From positions 26,580 through 90,579 of IMG/VR virus record IMGVR_UViG_3300038673_000493: a DNA stretch of 64,000 bases. One strand, given 5' to 3'. The DNA comes from a virus (lineage: Duplodnaviria > Caudoviricetes). Of the stretch, positions 8,798 through 18,009 are shown one piece after another. Both the position numbers and the translations under genes were made by a program. The notes beneath the pieces were generated by a model, which had not been told where the DNA came from, ran no database searches, and saw only the letters and a program-made list of their open reading frames with translations. Every line of letters starts with the position of its first letter. Position 1 is the stretch's first letter.

Positions 8798-9849
8798 AAG
8801 CTAAAGATCGTAGAGAATTGTACAAAAAGGAAATGGGGCAACGGCATAAAGAAAATTATGCTAATGTGGATGACAGTGGACGATTTCGTGATTTTTTTGA
8901 GCCTACTAAAAAGTCAAGTGTTTCTTTTTGGAAATGCAAAGAAGATGATCATGAAATTTACATTGTTCCTTACATTGTCGGGGAACAGCATCCTAAACTG
9001 AAAGAAGGCAAAGTTGATTTTCTTTTAGATGTATTTGTTCACACAAAAGTCGGAATCAATGAGGATAGCTTTGTATGTCTTAACAGAACGTATCGGGAAA
9101 AATGTCCTATTTGTGAACATCAAGCCGCTTTGAAAGAAAGTGGAGAAGCTGATGATGATGAAATCAAAGCATTGAATCCTACACGCCGAAACATCTTTAA
9201 TATTGTTTGTCTTGATTCTTCAAAAGATCAGGAGAAAGGTGTTCAAGTTTGGAATGTTTCTCAATGGCTGTTCACAAAACCTCTTGAAGAACTCGCACAT
9301 AAGAAAAGAGGTGGTGGGGAAATTGCTTATGCTGATATTGACGAAGGAAAAGTCATTTCTTTCAGAAAGAAAGGTTCAGGAATGACAAACACAGAATATA
9401 CGGCATTTGAATTTAAAGATCGTGATGAAATTCCTGATGAAATTTTGGATGCTGCTGTATGTCTTGATGAACTGATTCATAAACCAACTTACGAAGAAGT
9501 TTCTGAAGCCTTCTTTCAGTTGAAAAAAGAATCAGCACCTGATGAGCCTGATGAGCCTGATGAGCCAGAAGAACCAGAAGAAAAACCTAAACCCAAAGCA
9601 GTACCAAAACCTCTTGCAAAGAAAGCTCTTGTGAAAAAAGCACCAGAGCCCGAAGAGCCTGAAGAATCAGATGTTCCCGATTCTTCTGATTTAGAATGTC
9701 CTGGTGGAGCTGATTTCGGCAAAGATTATAACGAGTATGAAGAATGCCGTACTTGTGAAGTCCGAGAAGAATGTGCCGAAGAAAAAGAAAAACTTCAAAA
9801 ATCTGCTCCTGCTCCTGCTAAAAAACCCTTAACAAGAAGGAGCAGTTAA
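8794..9849 (+). CDS. single-stranded DNA-binding protein (gp32-like) with acidic/Pro-rich linker and C-terminal Cys cluster
   Basis: CPICE zinc site, GVQVW, acidic tail; upstream of RecA; GGAGG RBS before ATG 8794. Confidence 0.75.
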   Translation: MKAKDRRELYKKEMGQRHKENYANVDDSGRFRDFFEPTKKSSVSFWKCKEDDHEIYIVPYIVGEQHPKLKEGKVDFLLDVFVHTKVGINEDSFVCLNRTYREKCPICEHQAALKESGEADDDEIKALNPTRRNIFNIVCLDSSKDQEKGVQVWNVSQWLFTKPLEELAHKKRGGGEIAYADIDEGKVISFRKKGSGMTNTEYTAFEFKDRDEIPDEILDAAVCLDELIHKPTYEEVSEAFFQLKKESAPDEPDEPDEPEEPEEKPKPKAVPKPLAKKALVKKAPEPEEPEESDVPDSSDLECPGGADFGKDYNEYEECRTCEVREECAEEKEKLQKSAPAPAKKPLTRRSS

Positions 9850-9853
9850 TTCA

Positions 9854-10924
9854 ATGCAAAAGATCATTAAGAAAAAATCACAGGAAGTCAAAGAAGCGGT
9901 GGATGCCCCTGTAAATGATGATCTTGCTTTTGTAACAAGGAAAGTTAGTGTGGAGAAAGTGCTGTCAACTGGCTCCACACTACTTGACCTTGCTATATCA
10001 GGAAAGAGAATACGAGGGGGAGGTATTCCAGGAGGTATTGTTGTTGAAATATATGGACCTTCTGGTTCAGGAAAGTCAGCAGTTCTTTCGGAGATTGTTG
10101 CTTCATGTCAGAGTAAAGGTGGGGATGCTGATATTAAAGATCCTGAAGCTCGTTTAGATCGTGAATATGTAAAAATTTATGGAGTGCATATTCAAGATTG
10201 TTCTTATTCTCAACCTGATACTGTAGAAGAAATCTTTTCAGCTATTCCCACTTGGAAACCTAATCCTACTGTAAAAGGGGCAATCAATGTTTTAGCAAAT
10301 GATTCTTTAGCCGCTCTTTCTTCCGAATTAGAAATGGGACCTAAAGGAGATAAAATGGGTCAAAGGAGAGCTAAATTATTTTCTGAAGGATTTAGAAAAA
10401 CTTGCAGGATCATTGCTCAAAACAATTGGTTGATGATTTGTACAAATCAAGTGAGACAAGGAGATTATGGAGAAACAACTCCTGGTGGACTTGCTCTTGC
10501 TTTTTATTCTTCTTTGAGAATACGAATCAAACAGGATGATAACATCATCAAAGAAATAGAATTATCTAAAGAATCTGATGGAAAGAAAGAAAAGAAAACC
10601 AATAAAATGAAAAAGATTATTGGTATTGAAAGCACCTGTTTTGTCAAAAAATCATCTATTGATGATCCGTACAGAGAAGTTCCTATTTACATTATATTCG
10701 GATATGGAATTGATGATATTCGAGGGAACCTTCAGTATATAAAAGACATGACAAACAGTACAGTCTATGAATGTCCTGACGGCAAAACGTATCAGTCCTT
10801 GAATGCCGCCATAGGACATGTTGAAAAAAGTGATTTAGTTGATCAATTAAAAGAACAAACAATTGATCTATGGGAATCCATTGAAGCAAAATTTAATTTA
10901 AATAGACCGATGAAAAGGAGATAA
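9854..10924 (+). CDS. recA: RecA/UvsX-like recombinase
   Basis: LSTGS..LD, VEIYGPSGSGKS, DPEARLD, DSLAAL, TNQVR, TPGG.AL.FYSS. Confidence 0.93.
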   Translation: MQKIIKKKSQEVKEAVDAPVNDDLAFVTRKVSVEKVLSTGSTLLDLAISGKRIRGGGIPGGIVVEIYGPSGSGKSAVLSEIVASCQSKGGDADIKDPEARLDREYVKIYGVHIQDCSYSQPDTVEEIFSAIPTWKPNPTVKGAINVLANDSLAALSSELEMGPKGDKMGQRRAKLFSEGFRKTCRIIAQNNWLMICTNQVRQGDYGETTPGGLALAFYSSLRIRIKQDDNIIKEIELSKESDGKKEKKTNKMKKIIGIESTCFVKKSSIDDPYREVPIYIIFGYGIDDIRGNLQYIKDMTNSTVYECPDGKTYQSLNAAIGHVEKSDLVDQLKEQTIDLWESIEAKFNLNRPMKRR

Positions 10925-10925
10925 T

Positions 10926-11222
10926 ATGAACGAGATTTTGATGGTTTTCGTTGCTAACGTAGGATTGATGATAGGGAAACCCGTATTAGATAATTCTGCA
11001 CTGGTAGTATTGGTAGATCCGAGAATCTTAATAGTAAATCAAAAAGAAAATAAATATAAATTAATTCCCCTTATCGGAAATCCTGAAGAATTTATTATTG
11101 GTAATTCTTCTTATTCTTATTATACGGTAAAAGACCAAAAGATTATCAATAAGTATATTGAAAGTACATCAAATATAACTGTTGCCACAACGGTTCCTTC
11201 AGACCCTGCTTTAGTCAAATAA
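10926..11222 (+). CDS. hypothetical protein
   Basis: 98-aa ORF tightly packed in the operon. Confidence 0.6.
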   Translation: MNEILMVFVANVGLMIGKPVLDNSALVVLVDPRILIVNQKENKYKLIPLIGNPEEFIIGNSSYSYYTVKDQKIINKYIESTSNITVATTVPSDPALVK

Positions 11223-11232
11223 GGAGAATTTA

Positions 11233-12090
11233 ATGATTCTGTTAGTGGATTCTAATTCCATTTGTCATCAAGCAAAACATTCGATGGGGAATCTTACTTG
11301 GGAAGAAAAAGAAGTTGGTATTATTTTCGGATTTCTACGCCAACTTCTTTCTCTTGCTAAAACATTTGAAACAAATAAATTTGTTTTTGTTTGGGATTCC
11401 CGAATATCATTAAGAACAAAAATGTTTCCTGATTATAAGAAATCCAGAAAACGAGAAAAAACACCAGAAGAAAAAAGATTTGATGATGTTTCGTATGCTC
11501 AATTTGACATTATCAGAACAGAAGTTCTTCCTGAAATTGGTTTTATAAATAATTTCATGAAAGACGGTTTTGAAGCCGATGATCTGATTGCTCAAATAAC
11601 AAAGACATATCATGATCAAAAAATAGTCATTATTTCTACGGACGAAGATTTGTACCAGCTTTTATCTGAAAATGTGAGCATGTATTCAATTAAAAAGAAA
11701 CAACTCTACACAGAGCATAATTTGTGGAAAGATCATCGAATTATTCCTAAAGAATGGGGAGAAGTGAAAGCAATTGCCGGATGCACTACAGATTGCATTC
11801 CTGGAATAGAGCATGTTGGAGAAGTAACTGCTTGTAAATATATCACAAAAAAATTACCGGTTTCTCAAAAAACATATAAGGCAATAAAAGATGGCAAATC
11901 AATTATTGAAAGAAACAGAGAATTGGTAATTTTGCCCTTGAAAGGCACCCCTGAAATAACCATTCTTCCTAAAGAAGAATTAAGCTTAAAAGGACTTATT
12001 ACTGTATCACAAAGATATGGTTTCAATTCTTTTATGAGCAAAGAGATTATTGCTAAATGGAAAGAATATGTTTTTAAAGGAAATTCATAA
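11233..12090 (+). CDS. 5'-3' exonuclease / flap endonuclease
   Basis: LLVDSN, FVWDS, GFEADDLI, STDEDLYQL, G..TDCIPG acidic motifs. Confidence 0.9.
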   Translation: MILLVDSNSICHQAKHSMGNLTWEEKEVGIIFGFLRQLLSLAKTFETNKFVFVWDSRISLRTKMFPDYKKSRKREKTPEEKRFDDVSYAQFDIIRTEVLPEIGFINNFMKDGFEADDLIAQITKTYHDQKIVIISTDEDLYQLLSENVSMYSIKKKQLYTEHNLWKDHRIIPKEWGEVKAIAGCTTDCIPGIEHVGEVTACKYITKKLPVSQKTYKAIKDGKSIIERNRELVILPLKGTPEITILPKEELSLKGLITVSQRYGFNSFMSKEIIAKWKEYVFKGNS

Positions 12091-12692
12091 TGGGAGCTAA
12101 ATCTAAAGGTGGAAATTTTGAAAGAGAAGTAGCAGTTGCTTTAAGTCTTTGGTGGTCAAAAAATAGTCGTGATGATATTTTTTGGAGAACTCACGGATCT
12201 GGTGGGCGTTCTACAGTCAGAGGAAAACAAAACAAAAGAACTGAAGGACAATACGGAGATATATCTGCTACAGATGTTTCAGGCAAACCTTTAATTGAAC
12301 ATTGGTGTATTGAATGCAAAACGGGATATTCTTCTTCCAAAAAAAGTGAAGTCTTGACAAAAGATGGGAAAAAGAAATCTGTTAAACAAATCACCAATTG
12401 GTGTGTGTTAGACGCAATTGACAGCAAGCAAAATGTTTCGGTTATCGAAGCATTATGGAAACAAGCTCATGATCAAGCCATTGAAGCAGAAAATCAGCCT
12501 ATTTTAATTTTTAGAAGGCCTCGAATGTCTCCTTGTATTGCTTTTAATTTAAGATACTTTAATCATCTATCTAAAATTTTTGATATACCTAACAAACATT
12601 GGATTGCTTTGCGGGGGAATAGTTCAATTGTCATTATGTCTTTAAATGATTTTTTTGAATGGATTCCTGACATAAGAAAATCATTTAAATAA
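12090..12692 (+). CDS. Holliday junction resolvase (Hjc-type PD-(D/E)xK)
   Basis: KGGNFEREVA, GDI, IECKTGY. Confidence 0.8.
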   Translation: MGAKSKGGNFEREVAVALSLWWSKNSRDDIFWRTHGSGGRSTVRGKQNKRTEGQYGDISATDVSGKPLIEHWCIECKTGYSSSKKSEVLTKDGKKKSVKQITNWCVLDAIDSKQNVSVIEALWKQAHDQAIEAENQPILIFRRPRMSPCIAFNLRYFNHLSKIFDIPNKHWIALRGNSSIVIMSLNDFFEWIPDIRKSFK

Positions 12693-12707
12693 TTTAGGAG
12701 AAAATCT

Positions 12708-12908
12708 ATGACAGAAAAAAAAGCACTTTCAAAAGAGCATGATCGTTTTTTATTTTGGCTTGAAGGATGCAAATCACCATTTGCAATTGATATTCGTCTT
12801 TGTTGGGATAATGGTAATTCTTATACTGGAGAAATGGGCGTCAACCTACGAAATAAAAAACGAGAATTTGAACGATTAAATAATGCTTTTAAAGGAAAAA
12901 AATCATGA
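12708..12908 (+). CDS. hypothetical protein
   Basis: AGGAG RBS, 66 aa. Confidence 0.55.
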   Translation: MTEKKALSKEHDRFLFWLEGCKSPFAIDIRLCWDNGNSYTGEMGVNLRNKKREFERLNNAFKGKKS

Positions 12909-13111
12909 CAGCAATACCTTACGATAAAGCAAAATATTGTCCAGAATGTAATGTTATTTATGATAATGGATACAATTGTCCTATTTGTTGTAATAAAAAT
13001 GGAATATCTTTAAATGCCATTCGTAATATCATTACGAAAAAGTTAGGTGATTTGGAAGAAAGACGTGGAGAAATTCGTTCAAGTAATTATAATCAAGTTC
13101 TTTTATTTTAA
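12905..13111 (+). CDS. small zinc-ribbon protein
   Basis: CPEC...CPIC. Confidence 0.6.
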   Translation: MTAIPYDKAKYCPECNVIYDNGYNCPICCNKNGISLNAIRNIITKKLGDLEERRGEIRSSNYNQVLLF

Positions 13112-13215
13112 AAAATGGAGAAGTATAGGTCGATAGCTGAAGATAGGAAAGTCGTTTCATCATGTAGTATGATTCCCGGTATGTATGATTATACTTCTCT
13201 TTTTAAGGAGCTAAA

Positions 13216-13395
13216 ATGAAATACAGAGTAGAAATATTTCAAGATAATAATTGGGTGAAATGGAGTACCCATAAGAATGAAGAAAATGCTTTATTCAATG
13301 CAGAAGTAATTCATAAAAGTAGGAAATGTGATACAAGGGTTATATTTGATGGAAAAATAATCAAATCATTTTATGCCAGCAAACTTATTATTTAA
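13216..13395 (+). CDS. hypothetical protein (59 aa)
   Basis: AAGGAG RBS; MKYRVEIFQDNNWVKWSTHK...KLII*. Confidence 0.6.
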   Translation: MKYRVEIFQDNNWVKWSTHKNEENALFNAEVIHKSRKCDTRVIFDGKIIKSFYASKLII

Positions 13396-13406
13396 AAGGA
13401 AATAAA

Positions 13407-14501
13407 ATGATCAAATCAATCATACTTGAAAATTTTCAAAGCCATACTTTTTCGGAATTAGAATTTCATGAAGGAGTCAATGTAATCACCGGTCCTTCTG
13501 ATTGTGGAAAATCTGCAATAATCAGAGCATTTTATTGGGTATTCAATAACAGACCTTCTGGGGAAAGTTTCAAAAATTGGAAATCTAAAAAATCAGATCA
13601 AACAGCCGTTGAAATAACAACCGATGAAAACAAAATAACTATTACCAGAAATAATGGTAAAACAGCATATATCATAAATGAAGGAAAACCACTAGAAGCA
13701 ATGAAAATGGATGTTCCTTCTGAAGTGACAAAAGCAATTGATATAGCCGAGTATAATCTTCAAACACAATTTGATACTTACTTCTTGCTTCAATCAACTT
13801 CCGGAGAAATTGCTAGAAAATTAAACGAATATGCAAACATTGAAATTATCGATATCCTTTTCCAAAACATCGATGCTGAAGTAAGAAAAACAAATGAATT
13901 GATTTCCCATTACAAATCAAACAAAAATCAGATTGAAAGTTCTTTGGAAGAATACAAAAATCTTGATGATATTAAAAACATCATCGATAATATATCTAAA
14001 AACTATGAAAAATCTGTGGTAATTGAGTCTTCCCGCAACTTTTTACAAAAAAGCGTAGAATCTCTTGAATCTATTGAATTAGAACGGTCTGAACTAAATT
14101 CCATTATAGAAGTAGAACAAAGGGTGAATCCATTAATTGATTCTATAGAAGAAATGAAAATCATTAATGGTAAAATAAAAACTTTATCTTCAATAATTCA
14201 ATCATTGGAGGACATAGAAACAGAAGTAAATTCCAATCAAGACCTTCTTGATTTAGAAAAACGAGTGGAATCAATTTTTGAAATGATTAAAAATTGTGAT
14301 AATATTTACAATACAATGGATGAATTATCCAAAATGATTTCTTCTTTAAATAATATTGAAACACATTTTGATGTGGAAAAACTGAAAAAAGAAAAAGCAG
14401 TCAATGAATATCTTGACTATTTATCCAAAGAAAAGAAATGCCCAACTTGTTCATCCACATTAAATAAAAACATATTGAACAATATAAAGGAGAATTTATG
14501 A
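13407..14501 (+). CDS. sbcC: SbcC/Rad50-like ATPase, N-terminal half
   Basis: LENFQSH, GPSDCGKS Walker A, Q-loop, coiled coil ending at CPTC zinc hook; no signature or Walker B. Confidence 0.88.
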   Translation: MIKSIILENFQSHTFSELEFHEGVNVITGPSDCGKSAIIRAFYWVFNNRPSGESFKNWKSKKSDQTAVEITTDENKITITRNNGKTAYIINEGKPLEAMKMDVPSEVTKAIDIAEYNLQTQFDTYFLLQSTSGEIARKLNEYANIEIIDILFQNIDAEVRKTNELISHYKSNKNQIESSLEEYKNLDDIKNIIDNISKNYEKSVVIESSRNFLQKSVESLESIELERSELNSIIEVEQRVNPLIDSIEEMKIINGKIKTLSSIIQSLEDIETEVNSNQDLLDLEKRVESIFEMIKNCDNIYNTMDELSKMISSLNNIETHFDVEKLKKEKAVNEYLDYLSKEKKCPTCSSTLNKNILNNIKENL

Positions 14502-14695
14502 CAGACACTGGATATGAAGATATTGAAATTCCTTTTGGAATGCATAAAGGAAAATTGCTTGCGGATATTCCAAATAGCTATCTTGCTTGGCTCCTTGATC
14601 AAGAATTTGTGGAAGTTCGTCATCATAGACTTTACACAATGGCAAAATTAGAACAACAATATCGAATTGCCAATAATATTTACATTGAGGATTAA
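14498..14695 (+). CDS. small IPFGxHKG-motif protein (ExoX C-terminal / DUF3820-like)
   Basis: IPFGMHKGKLLADIPNSYLAWL. Confidence 0.7.
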   Translation: MTDTGYEDIEIPFGMHKGKLLADIPNSYLAWLLDQEFVEVRHHRLYTMAKLEQQYRIANNIYIED

Positions 14696-14697
14696 TC

Positions 14698-15591
14698 ATG
14701 AAATTACTTTTGACTGGAGATTGGCACTATACAAACAAGACACCGGCATCAAGAATTGATGATTACCAACAAGCTCTTGAAGATAAAATAAAATTTATCT
14801 TTAGTGTGGCTTTAAAAGAAAAAGTGGACAGAATCATTCAACCAGGAGATTTCACAGATACTCCTTTTCTTGATTACAACAATTATATCCGTTTGCTCAA
14901 TTTAATATCAGATGGTGATATTCCTATTTATACTATATTTGGTCAGCATGATTTAAAATACAGAAATAAAGGCAATACTCCTCTTGATGCTTTGCATCAT
15001 TCACTTGATGGTTTTTATGTCGATTTTGAATATGCTTCATTTGATGAATTGGATATGTACGGTGTTTCTTATGGAGAAGAAATTCCAAAAATAAAACACC
15101 CAAACAAATTTAACATCCTTGTCATACATAAAATGCTTCTTCATAAAAAAGAAGAAGAATGGCAAGAAGATTATGATCTAGGAATAGATTTTCTGAATAA
15201 ACATAAATTTAATTTGATTGTCAGTGGAGACAATCATCAATCATTTTTTGTGGAAAAGAATAAACGCATTCTGATCAATTGTGGAAGTTTGATGAGATCC
15301 ACAATTGAACAAATTGATCATCATCCTTGTTTTTATATTTTTGATACAGAAACAAGAAAATATTGGCAACACATGATTCCTATTAAATCTTGGAAAAAAT
15401 GTTTTGATTTGGAAAAGAAAGTCAAAGAGGAAGAAGCCGATGAAAAAATGAAAGCATTTGTTTCTGGATTAAAAACACATAAATCATTGGGATTAAACTT
15501 CGTGGACAATTTAATGACATACATGCAAAAAAATAATGTGGATATGGAAATACAATTGATCATAAAAAATAATATGGGAGTAAAAGAATGA
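14698..15591 (+). CDS. sbcD: SbcD/Mre11-like metallophosphoesterase nuclease
   Basis: GDWH, PGDF, FGQHD, SGDNH, NCGS motifs. Confidence 0.9.
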   Translation: MKLLLTGDWHYTNKTPASRIDDYQQALEDKIKFIFSVALKEKVDRIIQPGDFTDTPFLDYNNYIRLLNLISDGDIPIYTIFGQHDLKYRNKGNTPLDALHHSLDGFYVDFEYASFDELDMYGVSYGEEIPKIKHPNKFNILVIHKMLLHKKEEEWQEDYDLGIDFLNKHKFNLIVSGDNHQSFFVEKNKRILINCGSLMRSTIEQIDHHPCFYIFDTETRKYWQHMIPIKSWKKCFDLEKKVKEEEADEKMKAFVSGLKTHKSLGLNFVDNLMTYMQKNNVDMEIQLIIKNNMGVKE

Positions 15592-15827
15592 AAGACATTC
15601 AATCAGAATTATCCAGATTAAAAGAAATAATTGACAATGCTAAAAACAATATGGCAACTCTTTCTGGTCGAAAAATGGAATTACTGAAACAACTGAAAAA
15701 AGATTTTAAAGTTTCTTCTGTAGAAGAAGGCAAAAAAGAAATTCAAAAATTGGATAAACAATTGAATGAAGTAAACCAAGCAATAGAAAAAGAATATCAA
15801 AAATTAAAAGAGGAGTATGATTGGTGA
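15588..15827 (+). CDS. coiled-coil protein, possibly the middle segment of split SbcC
   Basis: 79 aa with continuous heptad pattern, coupled to both neighbours. Confidence 0.6.
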   Translation: MKDIQSELSRLKEIIDNAKNNMATLSGRKMELLKQLKKDFKVSSVEEGKKEIQKLDKQLNEVNQAIEKEYQKLKEEYDW

Positions 15828-16438
15828 TTAATAAAACTGATATTCAAAATCTTAAAAGCAGATTGGAACAATCTCTCGGCAAAAGAGAAATGTTACAATC
15901 ACAATTAAAAAACGTCAATGATTCATTGGCATCCGCAGAATCCCACAATCAAAACTGTAAGCTTGCTAGAATCATCGTACAAACAGTGGCAGAAGAAACA
16001 CAAAAGAAAATTGAATATCAAATCAGTAATGTGGTATCTCTTGCTCTTGTATCTGTTTTTCCTGATCCTTATGAATGCAAATTGCAATTTGTCAAAAGAC
16101 GGAACAAAATGGAAGCAGATATTTTGTTTCTCAAAAATGGAAATGAAGGAAAACCAATTGAAATAGCAGGTGGTGGAACTTTGGATGTAGCCTCATTTGC
16201 ATTAAAGACAGCTATATGGGCAATCAAGCCGACAAACAATGTCATGATTCTTGATGAACCTTTTCATTTTCTATCCAGAGATTTGCAAAGCAAATGTTCT
16301 CAAATGATCAAAATGATACAAAAAGAAACCAATATTCAATTCATCATTGTCAGTCATATTCCTGAAATAACGGAATCTGCCGATAGAATTTTTAATGTAG
16401 AAAATATAAATGGAATTTCCAAAGTAAAACAAATTTAG
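15821..16438 (+). CDS. sbcC: SbcC/Rad50-like ATPase, C-terminal half
   Basis: AGGG signature-like, ILDEPF Walker B, VSH H-loop. Confidence 0.88.
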   Translation: MVINKTDIQNLKSRLEQSLGKREMLQSQLKNVNDSLASAESHNQNCKLARIIVQTVAEETQKKIEYQISNVVSLALVSVFPDPYECKLQFVKRRNKMEADILFLKNGNEGKPIEIAGGGTLDVASFALKTAIWAIKPTNNVMILDEPFHFLSRDLQSKCSQMIKMIQKETNIQFIIVSHIPEITESADRIFNVENINGISKVKQI

Positions 16439-16456
16439 AGAAAGGAGGAAATCAAG

Positions 16457-16624
16457 ATGGCCAATAACACAAAGATTGACATTAACAAATTCAAGGATGT
16501 TACATTCGGAGAAGTATTCAAAAAGAAGTACCCGAAATTGATCGTGCCTATGATGGGATTAACTGGTCCTATTTGGGATTTGATCAAAGAAAAAGATGCT
16601 AAAATTTCAGGAACCAAAAAGTAA
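16457..16624 (+). CDS. small basic protein (55 aa), possibly SWIB-like
   Basis: Strong AAGGAGG RBS; MANNTKIDINKFKDVTFGEVFKKKYPKLIVPMMGLTGPIWDLIKEKDAKISGTKK*. Confidence 0.7.
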   Translation: MANNTKIDINKFKDVTFGEVFKKKYPKLIVPMMGLTGPIWDLIKEKDAKISGTKK

Positions 16625-16648
16625 GTATCGTGATGTATCATAATAAAC

Positions 16649-16682
16649 AAAGACGGATCATTTCAACGATCCGTCTTTTTTA
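16649..16682. terminator. bidirectional intrinsic terminator between convergent replication and late operons
   Basis: 11-bp stem AAAGACGGATC/GATCCGTCTTT, 8-nt loop, T-run on the right. Confidence 0.85.
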
Positions 16683-16919
16683 TTTAGCTTCCCAACATTT
16701 AATCGTTTCTTCTAACTTCAACGAATAATCAATGATGGTCAAATTCATCTGAAGCAGTTCTTGAATGGTCCAAATATCTTTTTGCTCAATTACAGGACGA
16801 ACTGGAGCAGTGCAATATTTTTCCATTGGTGGAACAATTACTGCCGGTTTAGTTGTCCCGCAACCTGCCACCAGTATTAAAATACTCAACAATATTATTG
16901 ACAGTTTTGGCATCTCCAT
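16680..16919 (-). CDS. o-spanin (Rz1-like lipoprotein)
   Basis: Signal peptide with LVAG-C lipobox, Pro-rich; overlaps the 3' end of the i-spanin. Confidence 0.85.
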   Translation of the reverse strand: MEMPKLSIILLSILILVAGCGTTKPAVIVPPMEKYCTAPVRPVIEQKDIWTIQELLQMNLTIIDYSLKLEETIKCWEAK

Positions 16920-17241
16920 TCTCCAATTTGCAAGTTGATTTTATATATTTTATTTTCACACTTTCTTTAGCCGTTTGATTGGTAATAGCTTGATGACTTT
17001 CTGCTAATTTTTGCCATTTCACAACTTGATTGGCATATTGATCAATCAAATCAGCGTAAGCTTTTTGACTTACTTTGTATCTTTCGATTTCTGCGGTTTG
17101 CTCGGCGAGCTTTCCTGTTTTGATGGCTAAAGAACCTCGTTGATACAAGACGATTGTTCCAAAAGTCAGTACAATCAAAACTAGTGCTACAATTAACAGA
17201 TTTTTTGGATTCTTCAAAAACGTAAGGATTACAGTCATCAT
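16849..17241 (-). CDS. i-spanin (Rz-like)
   Basis: N-terminal TM followed by coiled coil. Confidence 0.8.
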   Translation of the reverse strand: MMTVILTFLKNPKNLLIVALVLIVLTFGTIVLYQRGSLAIKTGKLAEQTAEIERYKVSQKAYADLIDQYANQVVKWQKLAESHQAITNQTAKESVKIKYIKSTCKLENGDAKTVNNIVEYFNTGGRLRDN

Positions 17242-17465
17242 ACATTCTTTACCCTCGCAAGTTGATCACGTTTACCTTTAAATTTCAATACAACGAACTT
17301 TTGACCACATCCCCGACATTCATAGCATTCATTCGATAACAATTTTTCAGGCAACAGATATATCAGATCATTCCCACATTTATCACAGATATAATGCGGA
17401 CTTCTCCGATCGCCTACTCTACGATCTTTTTGCCTGCGTTCAATTTGTTCTCGTTCTTCACTCAT
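17238..17465 (-). CDS. small zinc-ribbon protein with Arg-rich ERR/DRR N-terminus
   Basis: ERRQKDRRVGDRR; CDKC...CRGC. Confidence 0.65.
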   Translation of the reverse strand: MSEEREQIERRQKDRRVGDRRSPHYICDKCGNDLIYLLPEKLLSNECYECRGCGQKFVVLKFKGKRDQLARVKNV

Positions 17466-17677
17466 TGTTTGCCTTCTTGAACTTTTTTATAACTCCAAAT
17501 GCCCATGCTCATTGTGAAGAACCCTGTTATCAGAAGGGCCAATTTTTCCAGATTTGCCGCCACTGATGGTACGAATGCTCCTACGATGATTAGCCCTAAA
17601 ATAGCTATGGTAATCATCAGGTTTACAAAACTTCCCCGAACCGATTTTTCCTCGGCGTTCCATAATAAGTTTTTCAT
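17462..17677 (-). CDS. holin candidate (2 TM)
   Basis: Two hydrophobic helices and basic C-terminus, within the lysis cassette. Confidence 0.65.
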   Translation of the reverse strand: MKNLLWNAEEKSVRGSFVNLMITIAILGLIIVGAFVPSVAANLEKLALLITGFFTMSMGIWSYKKVQEGKQ

Positions 17678-17783
17678 TTTTTTTATCCCCCTGTGCTATC
17701 ATTTGTAAAAAACCTAAAGCAAACATTCCAAAAAATGTTCCGATGATAAATCCTATAAGTAATCCGTAATACTTGTCCATCAC
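17487..17783 (-). CDS. small membrane protein; 3' part overlaps the holin, true end uncertain
   Basis: GAGG RBS; N-terminal TM YGLLIGFIIGTFFGMFALGFL. Confidence 0.45.
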   Translation of the reverse strand: MMDKYYGLLIGFIIGTFFGMFALGFLQMIAQGDKKNEKLIMERRGKIGSGKFCKPDDYHSYFRANHRRSIRTISGGKSGKIGPSDNRVLHNEHGHLEL

Positions 17784-17817
17784 TTCCTCTTTTAAAATCG
17801 GGCAGGGGCTCCTATCT

Positions 17818-18009
17818 TCAGATCCGTCCAGCAGTCTGCCAACATTTGTACGAGCCCTCCAATTCTTCCCCCTGCCCTTTTAACCGAATTGTATCTCTTT
17901 TAACTTTTCTTCTCTTTTTCGCTTTTGCAGAATGGAAACCACACGCACAGGTCTTCCATTTATTTCTGTTTTCAGGATCTTTACAGTCTGACATGCAAAT
18001 TCTTTTCAT
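17818..18009 (-). CDS. small basic Cys-containing protein
   Basis: ATGA-coupled to the endolysin. Confidence 0.5.
   Translation of the reverse strand: MKRICMSDCKDPENRNKWKTCACGFHSAKAKKRRKVKRDTIRLKGQGEELEGSYKCWQTAGRI

Noticed and set aside
16435-16650. Minus-strand 71-aa ORF
   Set aside because: Lies beyond the bidirectional terminator; the + strand 55-aa ORF with AAGGAGG RBS explains the region better
17487-17690. Long overlap of the 17783 ORF with the holin as deliberate dual coding
   Set aside because: One extra A in the A8 run at 17677-17684 would give an ordinary ATGA junction; a homopolymer error cannot be excluded
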